Part shown: in pieces, positions 12,726 to 24,870 of the stretch
How the letters are laid out: each line of letters opens with the position of its first letter
Numbering within the stretch: the stretch's first letter is position 1
DNA from: Malacoraja senta
Taxonomy: Eukaryota
Length of the DNA: 64,000 nucleotides
Direction: 5' to 3'
Assembly: GCA_038087875.1 (NCBI GenBank)
Contig: CM075992.1
Span: 4,280,001 to 4,344,000 of the forward strand
Made by a program: the position numbers and the translations under genes
Notes under the pieces: generated by a model
Database searches by the model: none
What the model was told of the DNA's origin: nothing
Seen by the model: the letters and a program-made list of their open reading frames with translations, nothing else

Positions 12726-14464
12726 GTATGAAGCCTTGTCAGCCAGTTCTTGAGGATATGATTATAGTTGAAACCAGCCTTCAACCTCTCTAACCCTAGA
12801 TGCTGCCTCCCAATAGCTTTTAAGCTAAACAGTGGCACAGCGGCCAGTGGTAATGTTGCTTCGATGATATTGTAAATTGGCTCCAGTGTGAAAGACAGCG
12901 TTTGTGATTGGGGTGATTGCAGGTCGGGAGAATTTGGGGTTTAGGAACAGAGAAAAGCTTTGTTTTATGTGCTATTCAAATAGATAGATAGATACAATCA
13001 ATTCAAACTCTTTAAGGTGAGAGGGGGAATGTTTAAAGGAGTTGTGAGGAGGAGGTAATTTGCACAGAGTGATGGGTATCTGGAAAGTGATGCTGGGGTG
13101 GTGGTGGAGGAAGTTAAGACTATAGAACCAAGGACCTGCAGAGTCTGGAGAACATGAATAGGTGACCTTTCGGGTCAAGACTCCTCTTCAGCCGAAACTA
13201 AGAGGCTTTTACCCAGATACAGTACATGGATATATGATGAATGAGGGATATAGATCATGTGAAGGCGGAAGCTATTGGTTTAATTTGGCATCATGTTCAG
13301 CACAGACATTATGGGCCGAAGGGCCTGTTCCTGTTCCGTACTGTCCTATGTTCCACGTTCTGAATGGTGGGGTGGGCTTGAAGAGCCTGGTGACTTATCC
13401 CTGATCCTATTTTCAGGCATTCTTGTTCTTATGGCCACCAACAAGTGGGGTGGCAGGGTGGTGCAGTGGTAGAGTTGCTGCCTTATACACCGCCAGAGAC
13501 CCAGGTTCGATCCTGACTAAGGGTGCTGGCTGTACGGAGTTTGTATGTTCTCCCCGTGACCGCGTGGGTTTTCTCCTGATGCTCCGGTTTCCTACCACAC
13601 TCCAAAGACGTACTAGTTTGTAGGTTAATTGGCTCGGGTAAAATTGCATATTGGTCCCTAGTGTGTAGGATAGAACTAGTGCATGTGGTGTTCGCTGGTC
13701 GGCACGGACTGTATCTCCACACTATATCTCCAAAGTGTAAAGTCTAAAGTGGCACAGTCCAACTAGTGATTCATTGCAAGAATAACAGAGAAGAATGAGG
13801 AATAGATTGGTTAGACAGACTACCCAGAGTAGGCAAATTGAGAACTAGGTAAGGGAAGAAAGATTTAATAGGAACTTGAGTGGTAACATTTTCACACAAA
13901 GGGCGGTGGGTGTATGGAACAAGTTGCCTGAAGAGGTAGTTGAGGCAGGTACTAGCACAATGTTAAAGAGACATTTAGACAGGAACATGGATAGGACAGG
14001 TTTAGAGGGATATGGAGCAAATGCAGGCAGGTGGGACTAGTATGGATGGGACAAGTTAGTCTGTGTGGGCAAGTTGGGCCGAACAATGTGTTTCCATGTT
14101 GTATGACTCTATGACTCTAATGTACTAAACACCAGTAATCGCTGGATTGGACACAGTGCTTTTCAAGATCAGGCAGTTCAGTCCCTAATGAAAACCAAGT
14201 GTTTTGAAGATATGTTGTAACCGTCAAGTGAATAGAGAAGCGATACATTGGTGTACATGGGGCTATAAAGGCAACAAGTATTGTTTTAGAATGAGGAAGT
14301 GTTGTAGTGAGGGCGTCCTTGTGAAAGTAAACAGGAGCAACAAAGTTTACTGTTTATTCTGTTATTTATAGTCAATCCTCAAACCCCTTTGATTTTGTAA
14401 CAAGCCTTTGTAGATCACAATGTTCCTCTGGCTGGTTACAAACAAGTTGTCTTGTACTTAATTA

Positions 14465-14486
14465 TGTATATATATCTATATATATA

Positions 14487-14527
<41 letters not shown>

Positions 14528-14535
14528 TGTATACA
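14465..14535. repeat. (TA)n(TG)n microsatellite
   Basis: Direct reading. Confidence 0.9.
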
Positions 14536-14771
14536 TATGTCTATTGCAACTGTTACACCTTGTGCAGTAATTGATACATTTTCTCAATATTGCTGGAAGC
14601 AGCTGTAATTTAGTTTAGTTTAGAGATACAGCACGGAAACAGGCCCTTCGGCCCACTGAGTCCACGCCGACCAGTACACTAACTATCCTACACACTAAGC
14701 ACCTTCTGTAACGCGGAAACAGGCCCTTTGGTACACCAAGTCCGCGCCGACCAGCGATCCCCGCAGACTAA

Positions 14772-15177
14772 TGGGCCTGTCCCACGTGCATGCGACTACA
14801 TGCGACAAGCGTGACCTAACGTGGTCGCTTGAGCCGTACGGCCTCGCGGGGCCGGTCCCACTTCGATCGCCGGAGCCGTATGGAGTTGTGCGGAGCTGGT
14901 CCCGACACCGCGCGGGGCTCCGAAAAACTGACACTGTTCAAAAATCCCGCGCGGCAACGGCCTGCCAGCCCGCGGCCGCATCGAGGCCGTGCACACCGCC
15001 TCGACAGGCGTGCGCAGCGTCTCGACGGCGTATGCAGCGTCTCGACGGCGTACGCAGCGTCTTGACGCCGTACGTCAGGCACGAACTTCCCGCGGACTTC
15101 GCTCGAACTTCACGTCAATCACTCGACCTCCGCGCGGCCCCCGCTTCCGGTTAGGTCGCGCTTGCCGCATGCAGTCG
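14772..15177. mobile_element. PIF/Harbinger-like MITE, right end truncated, inserted in a V-SINE
   Basis: Starts GGGCCTGTCCCAC. Subterminal inverted repeat CGACTACATGCGACAAGCGTGACCTAAC / GTTAGGTCGCGCTTGCCGCATGCAGTCG. Confidence 0.65.
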
Positions 15178-15844
15178 TTTGACACTATCCTGCACACACT
15201 AGGGACAATTTACAATTTTACCAAAGTCAATTATCCTACAAACCAGTACATCTTTGGAGTGTGGGAGGAAACCGAGGCACCCAGAGAAAGCCCACGTGGG
15301 TCACGGGGAGAAAGTATAAACTCCGTACAGAGTGCACCCGTAGTCAGAATTAAACCCGGGTCTCTGGCGCTGTGAGGCAGTAACTCTACCGCTGCGCCAC
15401 TGTGCAGCCCGATGGAGCACTGTGCTAATAATGAATGAACACTGGTCATCTCAGATACTCTCCTAGTGGAAAGGCTGGTGGGGGTGACATCCTTTATCAT
15501 ATCCAGGAACAATCTGCTCAAAAAGAGGGTTTTTTTGCGCTCCTGAACAGGATTTGTTTACTGACAAACGAACACAGAGGTTGGTGAGGGGAGATATGAC
15601 ACCGTCAGAAAATGTTCATAAACAGGAAGCTCCTTTCTAGTTCATTCTGATATATGGAGAAAACAATGGCAACGAGCCCTTGAAAGACACATTCATTAGT
15701 TAGAAAGTTATTTTTAAGAAAAATGCTTTGCGATTTTCTTTGCAATGTTCTACATTGTTGAGGAATAAACATTTGTTTCTACTTCTCTGCTCAAGAGTCT
15801 CAAGCCTATTATAATATAACAAGTGCCCAGATTATATAAGGGTT

Positions 15845-16330
15845 CTGGTTCTCACAAGGTTAATTCCCAGGATGGCGGGACTGTCATATGCTGAGAGAAT
15901 GGAGCGGCTGGGCTTGTACACTCTGGAGTTTAGGATGAGAGGGGATATTATTGAAACATATAAGATTGTTAAGGGTTTGGACACGCTAGAGGCAGGAAAC
16001 ATGTTCCCGATGTTGGGGGAGTCCAGAACCAGGGGCCACAGTTTAAGAATAAGGAGTAAGCCATTTAGAACGGAGAAGAGGAAACTTTTTCTCACAGAGA
16101 GTGGTGAGCCTGTGGAATTCTCTGCCTCAGAGGGGGGTGGAGGCAGGTTCTCTGGATTCTTTCAAGAGAGAGATAGAAAGGGTTCTTAAAGGTAAGATGG
16201 TCATGGGATATGGGGAGAAGGCAGGAACGGGGGAACTGATTGGGGATGATCAGCCATGATCACATCGAATGGACGTGCTGGCTCGAAGGGCCGAATGGCC
16301 TACTTCCGCACCTATTGTCTATTGTCTATT
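15845..16330 (+). mobile_element. CR1-type LINE 3' fragment (others at 21358-21790, 29247-29680, 41880-42380 -, 56340-57600)
   Basis: LSYAERMERLGLYTLE...TYKIVKG...SRTRGHSL peptide and a (CTATTGT)n tail. Confidence 0.85.
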
Positions 16331-18311
16331 GGTCCAGAGACTTGTCCGTAAAATTATTCCTCCATGAATCTGGAATGTCCACTTTTCCACAGTAACCCCG
16401 GTCATGTTATTCTACACACATTGGCTGCAATCTTTTCATTTCACCGAGCAGTCACTTTAACATCACCCAGAATGAAGCGGCACGGTGGCGCTGCGGTACA
16501 GTTGCTGCCTTACAGCTCCAGAGACCCAGTTCGATCCTGACTACGGATGCTGCCTGCACGGGGGTTTGTACATCCTTCCTGTGAGCTGCAGTAACTCAGT
16601 GCGGCAGGCAACATCTCTGGAGGGAAGGTGTAGGCAAGAACTGCAGATGCTGGTTTAAATCAAAGGTAGACACAAAATGCTGGTGCAACTCAGCGGAATC
16701 AGGCAGCATATCTGGAGTGGTTTTCTCTCCAGAGATGCTGCCTGTCTGTCCCGCTGAGTTACTCCAGCATTTTGTGTCTATCTTCTCAAGTCAAGTCAAG
16801 TCAAGTCAAGTCACATTTATTTATATAGCACATTTAAAAAACAACTCTCGTTGGCCAAAGTGCTTTACATTTGTTATAAGAATAGCACAAACAAAACAAA
16901 CTACATACATGTAGCCCTCACTCAGAGGACATCTGGAAAGGCTTGGGAGTATATATACGTTTTTAGTCTTGACTTAAAAGAGTCGATGGAGGGGGCAGTT
17001 CTGATGGAAAAGGGGATGCTGTTCCACAGTCTAGGGGCTGCAACTGCCTGGCCTTCTGGAGAGAAGCAATGGGTGATGTTTTGGGTCATGGCAGAATTCC
17101 TCTGTGTCCCAGTGTTAAGTTGCCAGGAAGACTTTGTACCATGCAGTGACATTCAAAGTGCTGAAGAAAATAAAAATTCCAAGCCTATCATATATAATCA
17201 ACTTAATTATCTTCTCAGAATCAAAGGTCTCTGGGTAGGTTCTCTGCACAGTGATAATGAGTGTCATTAAGCAAAGTTCAAAAGGACACAGTGTGGATTA
17301 GTTTGTGTAAATAAACTGATGGAAAATGATCACCATCCCACTACCTCACCATTCCTCAGCACTGTCCGCCAACCCAGACACTGGATCGACAATTGCAGCA
17401 CTTTTACAAAACCAACATCTGCAGTTCCTTGTTTTCTGCATTGAACAGTACAGCACAGGGATAGGCTGTTCAGCCAACAATGTCCATGACAAAAATGATG
17501 TCCGTGGAATGTAGAGGCAAGCCCTGTGTTTAGAGATACGAAAAACAAGACACAAAGTGCTGGAGTAACTCAGCAGGTCAGGCAACAACTCTGGAGAACA
17601 CGGATAGGTGGCTTCAGGTCAAGACCTTTCTTCAGGGTTACTCCAGCACTTTGTGTCTACACTGCAATACGTTCTATTGAATTCACAATGTGTTAAGGCA
17701 CGATTTAATCTCATGTTGGCTAATGGTAATGTCTGGTATGCTCCCATGCCCAATCGTTCTCTGTTGAACAACCTACATGCATGTTGGTAAGGCTAATGAT
17801 AAGGTCTGCTATGATCCCATGCACAATGGTCCTCAGTTCAACAATCTACGTACATGTCGATAAGGCCAATGGTAAGGTCTGCTATGGTCCCAACCCAATT
17901 ATTCTCCGTACAACAACCTATGTCCACGTTGACAAGTCTCATTGTCTGTACTCATTCTCACCTAACAAACAGCCTGTTTCCTTTATCATCATTACTTTTT
18001 TGCATATCTTTCATTCGTTTGTTCTAATCTCTCTACATCACCGTCTATATCTCTCGTTTCCCTTTTCCCCTGACTCTCAGTCTGAAGAAGGGTCTTGATG
18101 CGAAACATCACCTATTCCTTTTCTCCAGAGATCCTGCCTGACCCACTGAGTTACTCCATCTTTTTGTGTCTATCTTCAGTTTAAACCAGCATCTGCAGTC
18201 CTTTCCTCCACAAGGCCAATTGTAAGGTCTGCTATGGTCTTATCCACAATTGTCTTCCGTTCACCAGCCAACAGGTATTGCGAAGAGCAAGTATGTTCCG
18301 AGCAGAAGCAA

Positions 18312-18342
18312 ACACACACACACACACACACACAAACACACA
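18312..18342. repeat. (CA)n microsatellite
   Basis: Direct reading. Confidence 0.9.
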
Positions 18343-18551
18343 GAGGTTGGCCAATAAATGATGTCATGGGCTGAAACAGCCTCATGGAGGCCAGGCGGAA
18401 ACGGTCAAAATCTCTGGCTGGGATACGAGAGGTCAGAGCACGACTTCCTCGCCTGATGTATCTCTTGTCAAGCCAGCTGCCTCTCCAGAGCTCGGAGGAA
18501 ATGCCGCTGATTAGCTAAAGTAAGAAGTCATGTGCACTCTTCTATTTTTAG

Positions 18552-18693
18552 GGCTTTTTTAAGCGCACGGTCCAGAACAACAAGCACTACACCTGTGTGG
18601 AAAACCAGAACTGTCCGATTGACAAAACGCAGAGGAAGCGCTGTCCTTACTGCCGATTTCAGAAGTGCCTGACAGTGGGGATGAAGTTGGAAG
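18552..18693 (+). CDS. NR5A exon, zinc finger 2 ([47 protein letters not shown])
   Basis: 142 bp, acceptor TTTTTAG, donor G|GTATTT. All DBD cysteines are present. Confidence 0.96.
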
Positions 18694-19924
18694 GTATTTG
18701 GACATCTCCCACTTGCTTTTGCATGCACCTGTAACCGTGAATGTGGTGATAGACACAAAAAGCTGGCGTAACTCAGCGGGACAGGCAGCGTCTCTGGAGG
18801 GAAGGAATGGGTGACGTTTTTCGGTTCGAGACCCTTCTTCAGACTGGTTAGAGATAAGGGAAACAAGAGATGTAGACAGTGATGTGGAGCGAGAAATAAC
18901 AATGTATGAAATATGCAAAAAAGTAACGATGATGAAGGAAACAGGCCATTGTTAGCTGTTTGTAGGATGAAAATGAGAAGCTGGTGCGACTTGGGTGGGG
19001 GAGTGATAGAGAGAGAGGGAATACGCTGATGGTTCATTTACTAGACCAGTAGCCATAGTTCTGGACCATTAACTCAGACATAGATTTGTCACATCATTGC
19101 ACCTGAGGAATTTATGATCAAATAATCAGTTTTGTTTCGAGTTACTGCATGGAAACAGGGCCTTTCAGCCCAACAAGCCCATGCCAACCATCGTCCACCC
19201 ATACACAAGTTCATGAAGTCACAAGCGATAGGAGCAGAATTAGGCCATTCGACCCATCAAGTCTACTCCGCCATTCAATCATGACTGGTCTATCTTTCCC
19301 TCTCAACCCCATTCTCCTCCGCATGGCACCCCCGCCCCAACAAAGTTCTATGTCATCCCATAGCTCATCCACTCACGACACACTAGTGGAAATGTACAGA
19401 ACCCAATTAGCCTACAAACCTAAGATAGACACAAAATGCTGGAGTAACTCAGCGGGACAGGCAGCATCTCTGGAGAGAAGGAATGGGTGACGTTTTGGGT
19501 CTCGAAACGTCATTCCTCGTCTCCAGAGATGCTGCCTGTGCCGCTGAGATGCTCCAGCTTTTTGTGTCTATATTTGCATCTGTAGTTCCTTCCTACAATT
19601 AACCTACAAACCTGCCGTCTTTGGAGTGTGGGAGGAAACTGGAGCATCCGGAGAAAACGCACGTGGTCACTGGGATAACGTGCAAACTCCACGTTGAAAG
19701 CACCCGTCGACATCAAACCCGGGTCTTTGGCGCTGTAAGGCAGCAGCTCTACTGCTGTGCCACTGTGCTGCCTATAAATTTATTTAAGCTAATTTAACTT
19801 TAATTAATTAAAATTAAACTGGAATTTAAGGAAAAAAGCAAGTTTGGTCAATCTTGATCAGGTTGCTTTGGAATCTCAATTGAAGTATTTTGGAGAGGAA
19901 GTTTCCATCTTTACCTAGTCTGCT

Positions 19925-20585
19925 TTATATGCAGCTCAGAAACTGGCCCTTCAGCAGTAGGTTAGATTCAAAGCAGGCCTCTGTCAGGGAGCTGGGATGA
20001 AGGATACTGCCCCGAGGTGTCCCGTGCAACTTGTTTCTCTCGCGGTTCACAGACTCGCCAGCCGCCTGCCACCTTTGCGGGCTGGAAGAGTCTGTGTACC
20101 ACGTGTATGTGGAGTGTGTGAGGTTGCAGCCCCTGTTGCAATACCTAAAGGGGCTGCTCCTTGCCTTCTGGCTGCCCTTCACACCCACCATCCTCATCTT
20201 TGGCCACCCTGTGCGTAGGGGAGAGGGTGGGCTGAAGATGTCCTGGTTGGGTTGCTCCTGGGCCTGGCCAAGCTGGCCATCCGCGAGTCATGGAGCCAGG
20301 CGGAAGAGGGCTCTGCCCGAGCCGGCTGCCTGCCCCTTTTCCGGGGTTACGTCCACGCCCGGGTGGTGTTAGAGAGGGACTACGCCCTGTCCACGGGCTC
20401 CCTGGGGGATTTCCGGGACCGCTGGGCACTGCAGGGGGTGGAATGTATCCTCAATAAGGATTGTATTACAATTATCTGAAAATTTAGTGTCTTAGATAAT
20501 TAGGTGATTTTTGTTCTTTGGTGATGGGTGTGTAACCATGGTTTGGTTTAGTGTTATTTTGTACGTCATTGAATAAAATATTTTT
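19925..20585 (+). mobile_element. Tx1/L1-clade LINE 3' end (C-terminal zinc-binding region)
   Basis: CHLCGLEESVYHVYVECVRLQPL motif and 3' AATAAA at 20572-20577. Confidence 0.7.
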
Positions 20586-20614
20586 GTTCTAACTGGACAC
20601 GTTTTGTTTCGCAG

Positions 20615-21258
20615 CGGTGAGGGCAGATCGCATGCGGGGAGGCCGCAACAAGTTTGGGCCCTTGTACAAGCAGGACAGGGCATTGAAGCAACAGAAGAAG
20701 GCTCTGGTCCATGGCAGCAGGGTCAAATTGGATCCCACGGCATATGTGATGCAAAGCTTGTCGGCGGACCTGAATGGGCCCATCTCCGGTGAAGGTCTAC
20801 ACTCAGCCTCCAGATGCCTATCCTTGAGTTACAACAGCCTGTCGTCGCCGACGGGAGACCAGGACGCCTCTCTGCCGGTCAACATGTCCATTGGGGCTCA
20901 CGGCTCCATAGCAGGGTACCAAGTGTGCAGCCCCTTCCCCAGTTGCCACGTCAAGTCGGAGTACATGGAAGCCGGCTGCTCCGGCACGCAGGAGTCGCTG
21001 CTGGGAAACCCGTACGTTGTGGCCTACAGGTCTGCCTCCAGCGCCGCCGTGCCGCAGTTGATGCAGGAGCTGGTGAAGTGTGAGCCGGACGAGGCGCAGG
21101 TCCGGGCCAAGATCTTGAACTACCTGCAGCAAGAGCAGATGTCCAGAGGGAAGCACGAGAGGCTCAACACTTTTGGGATCATGTGCAAGATGGCCGACCA
21201 AACCTTGTTCTCCTTGGTGGAGTGGGCCAGAAGCAGCATCTACTTCAAGGAGCTGAAG
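20615..21258 (+). CDS. NR5A exon: FTZ-F1 box, hinge and LBD helices 1-3 (copy 1)
   Basis: Acceptor TTTCGCAG, donor AAG|GTAACG. Translates [29 protein letters not shown]...[23 protein letters not shown]. Confidence 0.93.
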
Positions 21259-21884
21259 GTAACGCACGGACAAAACAACTCTGTCGTGTTAACCATGTTA
21301 CTCATTCACAAAATGTACATAACACTGACAAGAAACACTAACAAGAAACACTAACAACATGCTGAGAGAATGGAGCGGCTGGGCTTGTACACTCTGGAGT
21401 TTAGAAGGATGAGAGGATATCTCATTGAAACATATAAGATTGTTAAGGGTTTGGACACGCTAGAGGCAGGAAGCATGTTCCCGATGTTGGGGGAATCCAG
21501 AACCAGGGGCCACAATTTAAGAATAAGGAGTAAGCCATTTAGGAGACGAGGAAACACTTTTTCTCACAGAGATTTGTGAGTCTGTGGAATTCTCTGCCTC
21601 AGAGGGCGGCGGAGGCCGGTTCTCTGGATACTTTCAAGATAGGGCTCTTAAAAATAGCGGAGTCAGGGGAAATGGGGAGAAGGCAGGAACGGGGTAGTGA
21701 TTGGGGATGATCAGCCATGATCACATTGAATGGCGGTGCTGGCTCGAAGGGCCGAATGGCCTACTCCTGCATCTATTGTCTATTGTCTATTGAAAGACTC
21801 ACAAATAACTGTCCTGCACAAGTACAAATGGTATATCTGCCCTTATGGTACTATTTTAGCAAAAGACAGCAAAGCTTCTCACTC

Positions 21885-22425
21885 TGTCCAGGGATCCCAA
21901 CAGTCCTTTCAGGTTAGGTAGAGGTTCACTTGCACCTCCTCTAACCTCATCTACTGTATCCGTTGTGGACTTTTATACATTGGCGAGACCAAACGTAGAC
22001 TGGCCGATCATTTGGCGGAACACCTTCGCTCAGTCCTGGACCTACCTGATGTCCAGGTTGCCAAACACTTTAATTCCCCTTCCCATTCGCACACTGACAT
22101 TTCTGTCCTCGGCCTCCTCCATTTCAAGTAACCCCTGCATTCCGTCTCTCTCCATCCCTCTCCCATCCAAATCGCACCAGATTCTCGTTCTCACCTTGCA
22201 AACAGCTAACAATGGCCAGTTTCCTTTATCATCGTTACATTTCACATATCTTATATTCATTTGTTCTACAGTATATCTCTCTACATCCCCATTTATATCT
22301 CTCGTTTCCTTTTCCCCCGATTTTCAGTCTGAAGAAGGGTCTCGACCCGAAACGTCACCCATTCCTTCTCTCCAGAGATGCTGCCTGTCCCGCTGAGTTA
22401 CTCAAGCATTTTGTGTCTATCTTCT
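21885..22425 (+). mobile_element. Penelope-like element fragment (GIY-YIG remnant plus pLTR with hammerhead motif); duplicate at 29774-30314
   Basis: FTCTSSNLIYCIRC...YIGETKRRL remnant followed by CTGAAGAAGGGTCTCGACCCGAAACGTC. Confidence 0.8.
22326..22360 (+). ncRNA. Minimal type I hammerhead ribozyme motif in a Penelope pLTR
   Basis: CUGAAGA (22329-35), helix II GGGUC-UC-GACCC, GAAA, palindromic ACGU helix III, GUC cleavage triplet (22354-56). Confidence 0.6.
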
Positions 22426-23839
22426 AGAAATGATTAGCTGGCTAGAATTTTCTGCACAACACCGTGACTCATTCTTTGCACTTTAGAGATACAGTGTGGA
22501 AACAGGCCCTTCGGCCCACCCAGACAGCATTGACCAGCAACCACCCATACACTAGCACTATCCTACACACTAGGGGCAATTTATAATTTTTTACCAAATC
22601 CAATTAACCTACAAACCTGTACAACTTTGGAGTGTGGGAGGAAACAGGAGCACCCCGGGAAAACCCACGCAGTCACAGGGGGAACGTACAAACTCCATAC
22701 AGACAGCATCCGTAGTGAGGATTGAACCAGGTCTCTGGCGCTGTAAGGCAGCAAGTCTACTGCCCCGCCACAGTGCTGCCCTGGGAGGAGACCAACAGCT
22801 TGCTCTCACCATGACCTGATGGGGTGGAGTGGGACTTGAGGTGATGTGAAAGGTCCCAAAGAGTCTGATCCTGTGCTGTACTGTTCTATGTAGAAACAAT
22901 GAACTGCGGATGCTGTTTTTTTTTTTTTTTAAAGGCACAAGGTGCTGGAGTAACTCAGCGGGTCATGCAGCATCTCTGGAGAACATGGATAGGTGACATT
23001 TCAGGGCACATTACCGCCCACACTTTGCCCTGCCTCTTTGCTCTTCTAGCTTTCTTCCTCCACCCCCACCTGCGATCAGTCAGAAGAAGAGTGCTGACCC
23101 ACAATGTCACCCATCCATGTTCTCCAGAGATGCTGCCTGATCCGCTGAGTTAATCCTGCACTTTGTGCCCTTAAGTTGCAGATTGTGATCTTCCGTAGAT
23201 TTGTTTGTGTCAGCAGGTTAATTTTTTGTCTTTGTGTCTTTCCTTTCTGATCCAGCATCTGCAGTTCTTTATGTTTCCGGCGCAATGAGTGATCAGTTTC
23301 TTTAAGCGTGATGTTTGAGGGATACGTTTACTGCCTCTCAATCAAGAGGTGGTCTAGAATCATGTACGCCAGGTTAAGGAGAGAAAGACTGGGGTTTAAA
23401 ATCACCTCTGAGAAATATCTGGAGCTTCGGCTGGATCGAGCAGCTACTGTACGTTGCTCGATGATATAATAGGCATTGTTTTAAGCCATGGGCACCAACA
23501 ACACAGTGGTACAGCAGCCAGCCCTGCAACCTCATAGCTCCAGTTTCAGTGCTGACTTTAGATGCTGTTGGTGTGGAGTTTGCAAGTCTCACTGTGACCA
23601 AGTGGGTTTCCCTGGAGTGTTTCCTCCCACATCGGTGGGATTGATATCGGTTTATTACTGCTGTGTGCACTGAGGTACAGTGAAGCGCTATGTCTGCATG
23701 CTCTGCATAAATACATTCAAACTATACACAAATATAATGGGCGATGCAACGAGAAAAATTCCATAGTGCAGAATATGGTGTTATAGCTTAATGTTGTCAC
23801 AGTTAAAGAGGAGCGAGTTTGAAGGGTAATTGGCCTCCA

Positions 23840-24870
23840 TAAAATAGTAAGATTAAACGAGAACTTACCAGTTTGAAGTTTGATCTTTATTTTATGAGGA
23901 GTTACGTCGAGGGATTACGTGAAGACCCCACCAGCACGCATGCGTGACATTCTTCAAAGCAACGGTGTGGAATCACAGTAATAGTAATGAAATAAACATA
24001 GTAAGATAAGAAGAACTAGGATACCAGTTGATCTTTACAAGAGGGTGGGCGTGGAGGGCACGTAATCCCTCGACGTAACTCCTCATAAAATAAAGATCAA
24101 ACTTCAAACTGGTAAGTTCTCATTTAATCTTACTATTTTACTTCGGAGTCACGTGAGTGACTACGTGAAGATTTTAAAGATTTGTGATTTCATGCCATGG
24201 AAACGAGTCCATGCTTCACACACTGCATCAGTTGACTACTGATGAGTGATCATTAATAATGCATTCAGACATGACTTAGATATAGACATGTTGATGCTTT
24301 TAATAAACAAACAATGATAATAGTAACCTCACTCAACCGAGAGGGAACTATGAAACAGAACTAGCATAGAGTTGGCAACTACCCCCAATCTGGTAATGGG
24401 TTGTTATAAATGATTGGAAAGATTGTTAGTTTGACCACCCTGCAGTCCCTAGGATGTGGTCCCCCTAACGTCCATACCCTGCTGCTGTGGTAGTTGCAGC
24501 CCTGGTGGAGTGAGACTTGAATATTAGTGTTCACTCCTGTATAAGCCAGCCCCTTTAAAACCACCTGGAGATGGTCTGTAGTGATCCCTGCTTACAAGGC
24601 TAATGTAACTAACAATATTGCTAGTTCAGAGTCTTTAATGCTCTAGTGACCTACATTCTGGTGTAGATGTGTGACTACACACAACCAAAGGTCCATGAAA
24701 TATATGAACAATCTAGTTAGACCTGATGCCCCTAGTCTATTCTGCTTGACTAAGTCATAAACATAATGTTATTTAGCCCGCAGATATTATCATCGTGTCC
24801 AGTCACTGCTAATGCCATGTCTGGAACCGTTGTGCTGAACTCAGTGCCATGGGCATAACCACTTGTAGGC
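23840..24870 (-). mobile_element. DIRS-type tyrosine-recombinase retrotransposon 3' relic; duplicate at 31729-32760
   Basis: Decayed YR motifs on the - strand (QTISRW, FKSHSTRAATT, HILGTAGWS, YNNP) plus an 82-bp inverted repeat at 23840-23921 / 24059-24140. Confidence 0.75.

Noticed and set aside
23840..24140. miRNA precursor hairpin
   Set aside because: An 82-bp stem with a 137-nt loop beside tyrosine-recombinase remnants fits a DIRS terminus better.
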